From Candidatus Effluviviaceae Genus V sp. (GTDB lineage: Bacteria; Joyebacterota; Joyebacteria; Joyebacterales; Joyebacteraceae): a DNA stretch of 57,480 nt. Under the pieces are notes generated by a model that saw nothing but the letters and a program-made list of their open reading frames with translations, was not told the origin of the DNA and did not search any database. The stretch covers positions 1-57,480 of the forward strand of contig WJMD01000135.1 in NCBI GenBank assembly GCA_014728125.1, written 5' to 3'. The translations under genes were made by a program, and so were the position numbers. This document shows, piece after piece, positions 28,201 to 38,647 of the stretch. Every line of letters begins with the position of its first letter. Position 1 is the stretch's first letter.

Positions 28201-28572
28201 GACAGCAGTTGCAGCGGTGTCGGGAGACGCTGCGGAAGAGCTGTCGGGCAGCACAGCCGCCGTATCGGGCTGTGCCGTCACGGCCCCGCCGGGAAGGACC
28301 GCTGCCGTCGTGTCGGGCGGCGCCGCGGTCGAATCACTCGCCCCGGCGGTCGTCGAATCGGGTGTCGCGGCGTTCGGGAAGACGCTGTCTGGAACCGCCT
28401 CACCGGACCCCTGAGAGAGGGCAGGGAGCGCCCAACATGCGACGGCCAGCACCGTCACACAGAGCACGGCGCAGGCGGAGAGCGGATTGCTTCGGCGGCT
28501 CGTCGTGGGCACTCGGCGTTCCTCAGGTCCAGTGGGCTCCGATGACCCCGCGGGCGCACCCGCCGGGGACAT
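22210..28572 (-). CDS. sprA: SprA-type type IX secretion system translocon (giant outer-membrane beta-barrel)
   Basis: About 2,120 aa. Signal peptide RRSNPLSACAVLCVTVLAVACWALPALS followed by Q. The block LDMEQQLTVNLEGTIGRKIHVYVDH...VHYDGDEDEIIQKIELGEVNLSIPG...LFGAKMTAKMGKFDLIAIASKEE parallels Flavobacterium/Porphyromonas SprA/Sov as I recall them. Alternating beta-strand C-terminal half ends ...LTAEFKF. Start is ATG 28572 or GTG 28512 (GAGGAA SD). Confidence 0.8.
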   Translation of the reverse strand: MSPAGAPAGSSEPTGPEERRVPTTSRRSNPLSACAVLCVTVLAVACWALPALSQGSGEAVPDSVFPNAATPDSTTAGASDSTAAPPDTTAAVLPGGAVTAQPDTAAVLPDSSSAASPDTAATAVTDSSASISLDRSGAEQSLESAPQDSAPGVAPADTLAREQLPGAQAADSTAAAAPDTARPPVERPSYELGVGRLLERPAEFLRPWDLSRTGTGVGLRPRRVSFPDALPSSAPVDRRVLLKRDLSYTVLELKPSGFPGYVMYAAPRDEFQKLAGDMAVRRTWRNTVLTGLQRAQTDAPGGLLDIDIPMPLPGPFVRAIGPGANLKVRGSERITFGGQTSYVVEALEQESGRPSRFPQLDMEQQLTVNLEGTIGRKIHVYVDHRSGGDAFGTGKTNQIRVHYDGDEDEIIQKIELGEVNLSIPGTEFVSYSGRHEGLFGAKMTAKMGKFDLIAIASKEEGESSGASFTGTSESDSLVIDDIRYMSDSFFAVDEEALKYSNVYLEEISVYVDDRNGANDIETGAEPGVAYLEDPTTPASPPDGPRQRGMFDELIELEDYLVDYQSGIIEFERSLQTGRVLAVSYRLNGGVAVGGSDGDSLRLKMIRSDERVTGTEWEPIRLHELKNVYDLGAEDIPEEGFELTIRKRTPSGEILDTQDGTPYIEILGLDTAGVGGVGDPDGIVDLEWIDFEKGYLIFPHFTPFCPEFDTTGFYYPEGEPDDIYTADELEEKNCLVYSEENFDAGDDIYFIEVGYNRPRTTFYLGNINIIENSEVVRLNGVRLTSGVDYTIYYPAGQLTLLSDEAKEPDARVTVEYDYKPFGLTGESTLLGTRGVYNWSENVVLGSTWMYQSKGTPEDRPRLGEEPSRTVVGDVNVNAQFQPRIMTTLADMVPFVDTDAESHLKIAAEAAVCLPNPNTKGFVSIDDMEGTEDIYMLGVSRKTWTPSSLPATGDVLAVDRMSIDWYNPDRKVREGDLFPDLPDEEANDIRTVLEIDHESSGLGSWAGLMRLLSKTGDDYSESEFIEVWVNDNGSRQGLIHVDLGTLNEDYYPLFEEPNGELDTEDVDRNGFDADEDTGLDTVFGDDEDWSPGDADDGYDDYDFEYGSDDYSRINGSEGNERLDTEDLNGNFYLDTDNKYWQLTVDLSDTSTYLVQDNSVAPVPADKRTNWRLYRIPLEDALSVNGMNDWTVIKSARIWFENLPVGGEPIMLGGVDIVGNNWLAGPIRDEDGEIVPEAELGDMAFRITSKNTKEDLDYVPPFDPGVDEETNLPKREGSLVLLYSDIEGGHTASATQNFFSEENYTGYQSLEFYVHGESVTEGGEEDVDDGTEFFLRIGADSLNYYEYSLELRPGWYQDSGSTATKLSIPFTSFTNLKLDAYAEQDTAWAWGDTSRIQRERFTRVGAPSLSRVSQLTIGLRNANEGPLADEISGEIWLDDIQLGEVWKEIGWAERATIDARFADLATFNFDLRHVDGNFHSLKQERGSGQDNLSYNMTSTVNADRFVTGLGVSLPVNIQWKRQVTEPRFSTGSDVVLSEEQSNDERTIVKDRSISASLSRRRQSPGFWTHLLLDGLSLSASAADHVRTSPTRNDTSTTLRARASYRYSPERTGIRLFRDTELFLKPSSVRFTASTHLIHTLAYDVDVEGVQSKRTDNYDKKLDASGNIDFQFLENLRTSHGVTVKRDLAQENRPVSGINIGVETQRQYNNSLSFSPRFGSWFSPEYSFSSSFTDNHGPEARGANDPPDARDIRGTTSQEIRTSLDLKRLFGGSGSSGRSRPRRPRRGEEDNDEQEGEDDGDGDEDEGGASIGDLVSPVLYVFRNMDAIDARYSMRWSSRFDGIRSADMPGWDYRLGLAKGEGADDRTEETTLTLDSGIKLTRDVRIKGSYRRTVDGRWYKNTVSDTVDLFTQTESMTESTKGSLSWSGFEKVGPLKSIFKSARARSGVEYKRNYSGPVGEPSTEGNALVLNPIISVDMTFQNGLSGSFTWDRRRSTNYSLSGTGSVTREISGSTSLTLNYRFSAPQGLKLPFFGQKLRFQSNLDCSLTLRTGSKLTKTASDEASLDQVDPTADTSDFSITGDATYSFSRSVSGGLQVSFAQNRDEKRDQTRRTIGVHLTAEFKF

Positions 28573-28599
28573 CGGTCTTGTGGACTTGCGATTGGTGGT

Positions 28600-28627
28600 A
28601 GTATACCTTGTTTGCTGGCGTTGCCAA
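28600..28627 (-). promoter_or_regulatory. Candidate promoter for sprA
   Basis: Minus strand: TTGGCA (28627..28622), 16-nt spacer, TATACT (28605..28600). It lies in the only AT-richer stretch nearby and excludes the longer ORF starts at 28662/28695. Confidence 0.4.
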
Positions 28628-28693
28628 CGATTCACTGGAGTTTCGCCGCAGGTTGTGCCCATTGTGCGACCGGCCTTCACACGAACGGACACC

Positions 28694-30049
28694 ATGCGGA
28701 TCCTGTCCCGTTACGTACTGAGAGCACACGTTGTTCCGGCCCTCGCCGGTCTCGCCATTTTCTACTTCGTGCTCTCGATGGACTTTCTGGTCGACTATCT
28801 GGAGCTCTTCATCAAGAAGGGCGTGCCGCTCCTCGCCGTACTGGAGGCCTTCGGACTCAGCCTGGCGTGGATGACGCTGCTCGCCGTACCCATGGCCGTG
28901 ATGGTCGCCGTCCTTACCGCCTTCGGCAGACTGGCCGGCGACAACGAGATCACGGCGCTCCGGGCCACCGGAACGAGCGTGTTCCGTTTGATCCTCCCCG
29001 TGCTCGCGGCCTCCGTCCTCGTCGCGGCGGGGCTCTTCACGTTCGGAAACGCCTTCCTTCCGACGGCCAACCACCGGCTCAAGACGCTCCTTGTCGACAT
29101 CCACAAGGTCAGACCGCTCGCGACCATCGAGCCGGGCGTGCTGACCGAGCTTCCGGGCGGCTACATGATCCTCGTCTCGGAGATCGACCGCGGAACCAAC
29201 GAGATCTTCGACGTCCGGATCCACCGCTTCGAGGGTGAGAAGCCCGTTCAGACCATCATATCCGAAAGCGGCGTCGTGTCGACCGTCCCGTCGCGCGACC
29301 TGCTGAAGATCGAGCTCATGGACGGCGAGATCCACGAGCTCGACCCTGAAGATCCGACGCGCTACAACCGACTGGTATTCGACCGCCACGCGATCAACGT
29401 CGTCGAGTCCGGCGGCACACTCAGCAGGAGCGACTCCTCGAGACGCGGCGACCGCGAGCTGTCGCTCGAAGAGCTCGCCGAGCGCATCGAGAGGAACCGC
29501 TCGGACGCCGAGCGCGCCAGGGAACGGCTGGCGGAACTGGTCGGCTCGGCGGCCGGGGACCTGCCCTCGCTTCCCGAGATCGCTCTCACGCCCGATATCG
29601 GCCGGAGTCTCCGCGAGGGCGCGGTCGGCGCCGGCGTCGACATCGACGAGGCGGTCCGGGAGATCCAGACGAGCATGAAGCGGATCCGGAGCTTCCAGGT
29701 AGAGTATCACAAGAAGCTCTCGATCCCGTTCTCATGCATCGTCTTCGTCCTGGTCGGAGCCCCCCTCGGCATCAGGAGCCGCCGCGGAGGCGTCGGCATC
29801 GGCGCTGGGATCGGGATCCTCTTCTTCCTGATCTACTACCTGTTCCTGATCGGAGGCGAGCAGCTCGGAGACCGCGGCATCGTCTCTCCGGTGTGGGCGA
29901 TGTGGGCGCCGAACATCATCTTCGGCGGACTGGGCGCGCTCCTGACCCTCGCCGTATCGTTCGAGTGGCGCATGCGTCCCCTCATGCGCGTGATCGACTT
30001 CGTGCTTCGACCTCCGCGGCCGTCCCGCCCGGTGGAGGATGAGCGATGA
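28694..30049 (+). CDS. lptF: LPS export ABC transporter permease (LptF/LptG family)
   Basis: ATG at 28694 gives MRILSRYVLRAHVVPALAGL, a typical family N-terminus. Six TM segments with a large periplasmic loop. Confidence 0.8.
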   Translation: MRILSRYVLRAHVVPALAGLAIFYFVLSMDFLVDYLELFIKKGVPLLAVLEAFGLSLAWMTLLAVPMAVMVAVLTAFGRLAGDNEITALRATGTSVFRLILPVLAASVLVAAGLFTFGNAFLPTANHRLKTLLVDIHKVRPLATIEPGVLTELPGGYMILVSEIDRGTNEIFDVRIHRFEGEKPVQTIISESGVVSTVPSRDLLKIELMDGEIHELDPEDPTRYNRLVFDRHAINVVESGGTLSRSDSSRRGDRELSLEELAERIERNRSDAERARERLAELVGSAAGDLPSLPEIALTPDIGRSLREGAVGAGVDIDEAVREIQTSMKRIRSFQVEYHKKLSIPFSCIVFVLVGAPLGIRSRRGGVGIGAGIGILFFLIYYLFLIGGEQLGDRGIVSPVWAMWAPNIIFGGLGALLTLAVSFEWRMRPLMRVIDFVLRPPRPSRPVEDER

Positions 30050-31119
30050 AGCTCCTGGATCGTTACATACTCCGGAAGATCGCGCTTCCTCTGATCCTCG
30101 TGTTCGTGACGTTCGTGGGGATCTTCATCCTCGTCGACCTCTTCGACCACGCCAACAGGTTCATCGACAACGACGTGCCGGTCCAGCTCGTCGGACTCTA
30201 CTACCTCTACTACACGCCGATGATCATCGTGTTGACAGCGCCGGTCGCCATGCTGCTGGCCACGCTCCTGGCACTGGGACGCCTGTCGCGGAAGAACGAG
30301 ATCATGGCCATGAAGGGGTCGGGGGTCAGTCTCTACCGGATCCTCGCTCCCGTCCTCCTGCTGGCTCTCTGCCTGAGTCTGGTCACACTCGTCGTCGGTG
30401 AGGAGCTGCTGCCGCCCGCAACCCAGCGCAGACTCGACATCGAGGAGCAGACGATCGACAGGAAGCCGTCCCGGATGATCCGCACCGACCTCATTTACAT
30501 GTACCCCGATGGGAACGTGCTGCTCGCTCGACGCTTCAACCTCCGGAGCGGCACGATGGAGGATGTGACCTACGAGGAGTTCGGCGAGGGGCATCTGCCG
30601 ACGCGACGCATCGACGCTCCGCTGGCACGCTGGACGGGCGACCGCTGGGTGCTGGAGGGGGGGTCCGTTCGCCGCTTCGAGGACGGCGAGGAGACCATAC
30701 GCTCGTTCGACCGCGTGCCGCTGCCCGGTGACGAGCCGACCCCCGAGGAACTGGCGGCTCGGCCCGTGGAGCCCGAGGAGATGGGGTACCTCGATCTTCG
30801 CGACTACATCGCGCGGCTTCGCGCCGGCGGCAACGACCCCCGTGACCTCGAGGTCCAGCTTCGTCTGAAGATCGCGTTCCCGTTCGTGACGCTGATCATG
30901 ACCCTCCTCGGAGCGCCGCTCGCCGCCGGAACGCGCAGAAGCGGCTTCGCCATCGCCTTCACCTCCGCGCTCGCCATCTCATTCGTCTATTACGGCGTCA
31001 TCCAGATCGGCCAGGTCCTCGGTGAGGAGACCATTCTCCCGCCCTGGCTCGCGGCCTGGATGGCGAACATCATCTTCGGGATCCTCGGCGTCTACCTGCT
31101 TGTCAGAACCCCCAAGTAG
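30046..31119 (+). CDS. lptG: LPS export ABC transporter permease (LptF/LptG family)
   Basis: ATGA overlap with lptF. MKLLDRYILRKIALPLILVF. Same topology. Confidence 0.8.
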   Translation: MKLLDRYILRKIALPLILVFVTFVGIFILVDLFDHANRFIDNDVPVQLVGLYYLYYTPMIIVLTAPVAMLLATLLALGRLSRKNEIMAMKGSGVSLYRILAPVLLLALCLSLVTLVVGEELLPPATQRRLDIEEQTIDRKPSRMIRTDLIYMYPDGNVLLARRFNLRSGTMEDVTYEEFGEGHLPTRRIDAPLARWTGDRWVLEGGSVRRFEDGEETIRSFDRVPLPGDEPTPEELAARPVEPEEMGYLDLRDYIARLRAGGNDPRDLEVQLRLKIAFPFVTLIMTLLGAPLAAGTRRSGFAIAFTSALAISFVYYGVIQIGQVLGEETILPPWLAAWMANIIFGILGVYLLVRTPK

Positions 31120-31164
31120 ATACTCCGGCCACCCCGCCGTCTCTCTCCATGCCCGGAACGCGCG

Positions 31165-31197
31165 ACGGGGCGGCGGCCGTGCCGGCCGCCGCCCCGT
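31165..31197. terminator. Perfect 15-bp GC hairpin between convergent lptG and ahcY
   Basis: ACGGGGCGGCGGCCG-TGC-CGGCCGCCGCCCCGT. No U-tract on either side. Confidence 0.45.
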
Positions 31198-31224
31198 GCC
31201 TGCAGTCCGACTGGATCGGTTCCG

Positions 31225-33686
<2,462 letters not shown>

Positions 33687-33726
33687 CGTTCCCTCCGTTC
33701 TCCCTACCGCCACGTGGTCCGTTCCG

Positions 33727-34716
33727 TCACGCGCCGATGACGATCTCCGATGAGTCGCCTACGTTGAGGCGCTGGTAGTGCCCCCGCACCAGCGCGCCCT
33801 CGCCGATGAGCGACCTGTCGAGCAGGCTGCGCTCCACCTCGGCGTTCGCGTTCAGGATGCTGTCTCGCACAACTGAGTCGGTGATCCTCGATCCGGCCGC
33901 CACCGACACGAACGGTCCGACGATCGACCTCGATATGACGGCCGTCGGGTCGATCGACACAGGCTGGATGATCACCGAGTCTTCCCCGGCGACGCCCGAG
34001 CCGTTGCCGCCCGAGCGCTCCAGGAGAAATCGATTGGTCTCCAGTAGAGTATCAGGCAGACCGCAGTCATACCAACCCTCTACTTCGAACGTCCCCATCT
34101 CGATCCCGGCCTCAAGCATGATGCGGAGAGCGTCAGTCAGCTGGTATTCGCCCTTCGTCGTGATGCCGCGGTCGATGATCTCGGCGAGTCCGTCGAAGAG
34201 TGCTCCCGTCTCGGCGATGTTGTACAGGCCGACGATCGCCAGATTGCTGGGCGGAACGTCGGGCTTCTCGACGAGGCCCTGCACCATGTCGTCCTCGACC
34301 TCCACGACGCCGAAGCGTGTCGGGTCTTCGACCTCCTTGACGCCGATGAGCGTTCGCTCGTCCGACAGGAGCGCGGAGTAGTCTGCCGTGACGATCGTGT
34401 CCCCGAGAATGATCAGGACCGGTTCGTCGCCGATGCACTCGCGCGTCAGGAAGATCGCATGTCCGAGTCCCTGTCGCTCCTCCTGATGAACGTAGCAGAC
34501 GTTGAGGTCGGCGTACGCCTGCTCCATGTAGGAGCGCACCCTGTCGCCCATATAGCCGGTCACCAGCACGACGTCCTCGACCCCCAGCGGGACGAGTTCG
34601 TCGAGTATGTGTCCGAGGATCGGTTTTCCGGCTACCTGAACGAGAGCCTTCGGGATCGTGTGGGTGTGCGGTCTCAGACGGGTTCCGATGCCCGCGACAG
34701 GTATGATCGCTTTCAT
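33727..34716 (-). CDS. Sugar-1-phosphate nucleotidyltransferase with C-terminal left-handed beta-helix
   Basis: [25 protein letters not shown] (G.GTRL.P.T) plus hexapeptide-like repeats at the C-terminus. Sugar/nucleotide specificity is not determinable by eye. Confidence 0.75.
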   Translation of the reverse strand: MKAIIPVAGIGTRLRPHTHTIPKALVQVAGKPILGHILDELVPLGVEDVVLVTGYMGDRVRSYMEQAYADLNVCYVHQEERQGLGHAIFLTRECIGDEPVLIILGDTIVTADYSALLSDERTLIGVKEVEDPTRFGVVEVEDDMVQGLVEKPDVPPSNLAIVGLYNIAETGALFDGLAEIIDRGITTKGEYQLTDALRIMLEAGIEMGTFEVEGWYDCGLPDTLLETNRFLLERSGGNGSGVAGEDSVIIQPVSIDPTAVISRSIVGPFVSVAAGSRITDSVVRDSILNANAEVERSLLDRSLIGEGALVRGHYQRLNVGDSSEIVIGA

Positions 34717-34767
34717 GGCGCTCCTCTCATGGCGTGGTGCTCACAGGTCCCCCTCGGGCGCGGCAGG

Positions 34768-35829
34768 TCACTCGGACAGCGCCCGCTTGAGACGGTCGAT
34801 CGGTTCGACCGGTGTCGGATCGATGCCCCGGAGAGCCGCAAGATAGACGCTCACGTAGTCTCCGGCAAGGACGAGCGAGACGAGTCTGCCCAGGCGCGTG
34901 TCGCCGAAGCTCCGCACCTCGCGGCTCTCAACCCCCTCCTCCGAGAGCACGTCGGCCGTGATGGCAATTCTCCGGGCGATCCGCTCGTGGTCGTCCGCGT
35001 CCCTCAGGAACACGACCCGCTGCATGCCGCCCAGTGCTCTGCGATCGCCGTATCCCACGATCTCGTTGTGATTCATCTCAGGGAGCACGTTCGCGTGTCC
35101 GACCGTCTTTGCGTTCTCCGCGAGCTGGCCAACCCATCGCGTGGCGACGGCCGCAGTATGCGGCTCGGCGCCGTAGACGACCGGGACGCCCGTGTCCAGC
35201 CAGACCGCGAGCCCCTTCGCCCCGTTCGAGTCCGACGGCACCTCGGGAGCGAAGCGCGCTGCAGCCGAATCGGCTGCCGACGCCATCGACGCGAGCTCGT
35301 CCGATGGGTCGGCGGTCAGCCCGGCCGCCGCCAGCACGCTGAGCAGCGATGCCAGGCCGTGCCCGAGCGCCGCGCGCGGCGGTAGACCCGCAGCGAGCGG
35401 AACCACCGGCTCGCCCCTCGCATCCGCGAGTTCCGCGAGCCTGCCTCCCGTGGTCATGCAGACGACCCTGGCCCCCCGTGCGACCGCGTCCGCGTGGGCG
35501 GAGAGCGTCTCCTCCGTATTGCCCGAGTAGCTCGACGCGACGACGAGAGTATCCCGCTTGACGAACGCGGGCAGAACATATCCCCGCGCGACGCTCATCG
35601 GCACAGAAAGAAGGTCAGCGAGCGCCCCCCTGATGAGGTCGCCCGCGATGGCCGAGCCTCCCATGCCCGCCACGACGACCGCAGCGGGACGCTCGATGGA
35701 CATGCCGGCAAGCGCGCCGCCCGCGGTCCTGCCCGCGGTCCTCAGATGATCCCCGAACGACATGATGTGGCCAAGCATGCCGTCGGGGTCGTTGCGTTCG
35801 ATGTGCTCTCTGTTGTCCAGCCTGGTCAC
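34768..35829 (-). CDS. Bifunctional phosphoglucose/phosphomannose isomerase (SIS domains)
   Basis: SIS motifs VVAGMGGSAIAGDL and VASSYSGNTEET. GTGA overlap with the ptsI stop. Confidence 0.7.
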   Translation of the reverse strand: MTRLDNREHIERNDPDGMLGHIMSFGDHLRTAGRTAGGALAGMSIERPAAVVVAGMGGSAIAGDLIRGALADLLSVPMSVARGYVLPAFVKRDTLVVASSYSGNTEETLSAHADAVARGARVVCMTTGGRLAELADARGEPVVPLAAGLPPRAALGHGLASLLSVLAAAGLTADPSDELASMASAADSAAARFAPEVPSDSNGAKGLAVWLDTGVPVVYGAEPHTAAVATRWVGQLAENAKTVGHANVLPEMNHNEIVGYGDRRALGGMQRVVFLRDADDHERIARRIAITADVLSEEGVESREVRSFGDTRLGRLVSLVLAGDYVSVYLAALRGIDPTPVEPIDRLKRALSE

Positions 35830-37610
35830 GATATCATCTCCGTCGCGCTGATGCGCGGGAACCGCTTCAGGAGGATCTGCTCGAGATAGCGCCGGACCTC
35901 AGGCCCGCTCTTCATCTTGAGCGCGCGGCCCGCCACCTTGCGGGCGAACGAATACGTGATCGACCGGACGATGCTCTTGATCTCCGGCAGCATCCGAGGG
36001 CTGGTCGAGAGTTCGTCGATCCCGAGGCCGATGAGGATGAGCACAGCCAGCGGATCACCCGCCATCTCTCCGCAGAGCCCGACGCCCGTTCTGTGGCGCC
36101 GCGCGGCCTGAACGGTCTGGGAGATCAGCCTGAGGACCGCCGGATGATACTGGTCGTAGAGATAGGCCACGCGGTCGTTGCCGCGGTCGACCGCCAGGGC
36201 GTACTGAATGAGGTCGTTCGAACCGATCGAGAAGAAGTCGACCTCGGCCGCCAGCGTGTCGGCGACCGTCGCGGCGGCGGGGGTCTCGATCATGATCCCG
36301 ACCGGCACCTTCTCGTCGAACGGGACGCGCTTGAAGCGGAGCTCCTGACGCGCCGCCTCGAGGACCTGCACCGCGTCCTTGACCTCACCGACCGAGGATA
36401 TCATGGGGAACATGATGCGCACCGAACCGTGCGCGCTCGCTCTCAGCGCCGCCCGGAGCTGGGTCATGAAGAGGTCGGGATGCGAGAGGCTGTAGCGGAC
36501 GCCGCGCCATCCCAGGAACGGGTTGGCCTCGCTCCCCTCCTCGGTCCCGGCGCCGAACTTGTCACCACCGACGTCGAGCGTGCGGATGACCACTTCTGAG
36601 GGCGCCATCGCCTGGACGACCGAGCGGTAGGCCTCGTACTGTTCCTCCTCGTCCGGCAGGGTATCGCGGGCGATGAAGAGGTACTCTGTCCGGTAGAGGC
36701 CGATCCCGTCGGCCCCGTGGGAGATGACCGAGTCGACCTCCTCGGGGATCTCGATGTTCGCCCTCAGCTTGAACCGTCGGCCGTCCTTCGTCTCGGCGGG
36801 GTACTCAGCGAACTTCAGAAGCTCCCGCTCGAACTCCTCGAACTCACGCTTCCTCTGTTCGTAGTACGCGAGCACGGCCTCGTCGTAGTCATGGACGAGC
36901 GCGCCGGACGTCCCGTCGACGATGATACGCTCGCCCTGCCGGATGAAGCCGGTCGCCTCGTGGAGCCCCACCACGGCGGGGATCTCGAGCGACCGGGCCA
37001 TGATGGCGGCGTGGGACGTCTTGCCCCCCGCCTCGGTCGCGAAGCCGATGACGCGTTCCTTGTGCATGGCCGCCGTGTGCGTGGGGGCCAGCTGGTGTGC
37101 GAGCACGATCACGTCGTGATCGAGGTGACGTATCGTCTTCGGCTTCTTCCCCAGGAGCTTCATCAGGAGCCGCCGCTCGAGGTCGCGGATGTCGTAGATC
37201 CGGTCTCTCAGGTACTCGTCGTCGGCCCGCTTCATCGCGGTGATGATGTGCCCGACGGCCTCGGTCAAGGCGAGGGCGGCGCTCGATCTCGTCTCGCGGA
37301 TCCGCTTGACGGTGCCCTCGACGATCATCGAGTCCTCGAGCATCATGAGGTGCGCATCGAAGATGCGCGCCTTGCGCTCGCCGATCTCGTCCTCGAGCTC
37401 GGTCTTCAACTTCCGGACCTCGAGTCTCGTCTCGTCGAGTGCGCTCTGAAAGGCCTCGACCTCGTTCTCGATCTCGTCCTCGGGGATGGTCTCCTCCTCG
37501 ACGTGAGGCCGTTCGGTGTCGAGGATGAACGCCGGTCCGATGACGATCCCCGGCGAGGCCGGAATGCCCTGGATGACCTTTGCCCTTCCTATGCCGCTCA
37601 GATCGATCAC
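35826..37610 (-). CDS. ptsI: Phosphoenolpyruvate-protein phosphotransferase (PTS Enzyme I)
   Basis: Active-site region GGKTSHAAIMARSLEIPAV. PEP-binding region FFSIGSNDLIQY. No N-terminal GAF domain, so sugar-type EI rather than PtsP. Confidence 0.9.
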   Translation of the reverse strand: MIDLSGIGRAKVIQGIPASPGIVIGPAFILDTERPHVEEETIPEDEIENEVEAFQSALDETRLEVRKLKTELEDEIGERKARIFDAHLMMLEDSMIVEGTVKRIRETRSSAALALTEAVGHIITAMKRADDEYLRDRIYDIRDLERRLLMKLLGKKPKTIRHLDHDVIVLAHQLAPTHTAAMHKERVIGFATEAGGKTSHAAIMARSLEIPAVVGLHEATGFIRQGERIIVDGTSGALVHDYDEAVLAYYEQRKREFEEFERELLKFAEYPAETKDGRRFKLRANIEIPEEVDSVISHGADGIGLYRTEYLFIARDTLPDEEEQYEAYRSVVQAMAPSEVVIRTLDVGGDKFGAGTEEGSEANPFLGWRGVRYSLSHPDLFMTQLRAALRASAHGSVRIMFPMISSVGEVKDAVQVLEAARQELRFKRVPFDEKVPVGIMIETPAAATVADTLAAEVDFFSIGSNDLIQYALAVDRGNDRVAYLYDQYHPAVLRLISQTVQAARRHRTGVGLCGEMAGDPLAVLILIGLGIDELSTSPRMLPEIKSIVRSITYSFARKVAGRALKMKSGPEVRRYLEQILLKRFPRISATEMIS

Positions 37611-37879
37611 GTGCCCTCTTCCTCTGTGTTCGTTTCGAGGTATCGAGCCAGCTCCTCGAGTGCCTGCGACTCGTCGCTTCCGTCGATGATCAGCGTCAGA
37701 CGGCTTCCCATCTCGGCCGCGAGCATCATGACGCCCATGATGCTCTTCCCGTCGACCGTCAGGTCGTCCTTTCTGAGCTTGACGTCCGCCTCGAAGCGGG
37801 ACGCCAGCTTGACGAACTCCGCGGCCGGCCGGGCGTGAAGCCCGTGCACGCTCGCGAGCACGACAGTCCGCTCGACCAA
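37607..37879 (-). CDS. ptsH: Phosphocarrier protein HPr
   Basis: The TTG start puts His15 in SVHGLHARPA. The Ser46 context GKSIMGVMML is present. Confidence 0.85.
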   Translation of the reverse strand: MVERTVVLASVHGLHARPAAEFVKLASRFEADVKLRKDDLTVDGKSIMGVMMLAAEMGSRLTLIIDGSDESQALEELARYLETNTEEEGT

Positions 37880-37880
37880 G

Positions 37881-38639
37881 CTACCCCCCTATCGTTCCTG
37901 TCAGTGCCAGGATCAGCCCGCAGAGCACCCCCGCTGTTCCCAGAAGGGACGCCGGGATGTGGACCCTCGCCCCGATGAACCCGGCCGCGAGGAAGACGAG
38001 CGCGACGGCCGCTCTGGGTGTCGTCGCCCCCTGTCCCAGCCCGACGGCGGCTGTGGCCGTGAGGCCCGCCAGGAAGGCCACCGAGAGCCGCAGCCGTCTG
38101 ACGGTACTCCGGTAGACCGGTCCCAGAAGCTCGCGCGCCGCGCCGGGACCGCGCTCGGCTCCCCGGCCAAGACCGCGCCACCTGAGCGCCAGATGCGGGA
38201 CGTTGTAGACCGCCAGGAAGAGCAGCGGCGCCCACAGCCCGCCTCCGATTGCGACGAGCACGGCGGCCAGCCCCGCCAGAGGGCGGAGCGCCCCCCAGAA
38301 GAGCGCGTCGCCGGCCATGCCGAGCGGACCGACGAGGCTCCGCTTGAGGTGGACGACCTCGATGCACTGAGCATCGTCGGCGGTCAGTTCGGCCGCCGCG
38401 CTGGCGCCCAGGACGTACGACGCGAGCACGGGATTCGAGTTGAAGAACTCCAGATGGCGCTTCGCGAAGGCCCTCCGTTCCTCGTCGCTCTTCCTCGACG
38501 CGACCGGGAGGAGCGCGAAGCAGAATCCGACGTGCTGCATCCCCTGAGGGTTCCAGACGGACTGGAGCAGGAACGACCGAAGGAAGATCGCCAGCCTCAG
38601 TCCCAGGGGGAGCCGCATGCCGCAGTGTCTGTCAGCCAC
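37881..38639 (-). CDS. PTS mannose/fructose/sorbose-family EIID component
   Basis: GTG at 38639 with GGAGGG SD. N-terminus IFLRSFLLQSVWNPQGMQHVGFCFALLP parallels the ManZ-type RSF.LQ.SWN.ERMQ..GF motif. Confidence 0.7.
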   Translation of the reverse strand: MADRHCGMRLPLGLRLAIFLRSFLLQSVWNPQGMQHVGFCFALLPVASRKSDEERRAFAKRHLEFFNSNPVLASYVLGASAAAELTADDAQCIEVVHLKRSLVGPLGMAGDALFWGALRPLAGLAAVLVAIGGGLWAPLLFLAVYNVPHLALRWRGLGRGAERGPGAARELLGPVYRSTVRRLRLSVAFLAGLTATAAVGLGQGATTPRAAVALVFLAAGFIGARVHIPASLLGTAGVLCGLILALTGTIGG

Positions 38640-38647
38640 GCACCCTC

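Noticed and set aside
28573-28695. Longer N-termini for sprA (starts at 28662/28695) and for lptF (start at 28487) that would make the two divergent genes overlap
   Set aside because: The extensions are mutually antisense and have improbable composition. They would place the start codons upstream of the predicted sprA promoter. MRILSRYVL at 28694 is the canonical LptF/G N-terminus.
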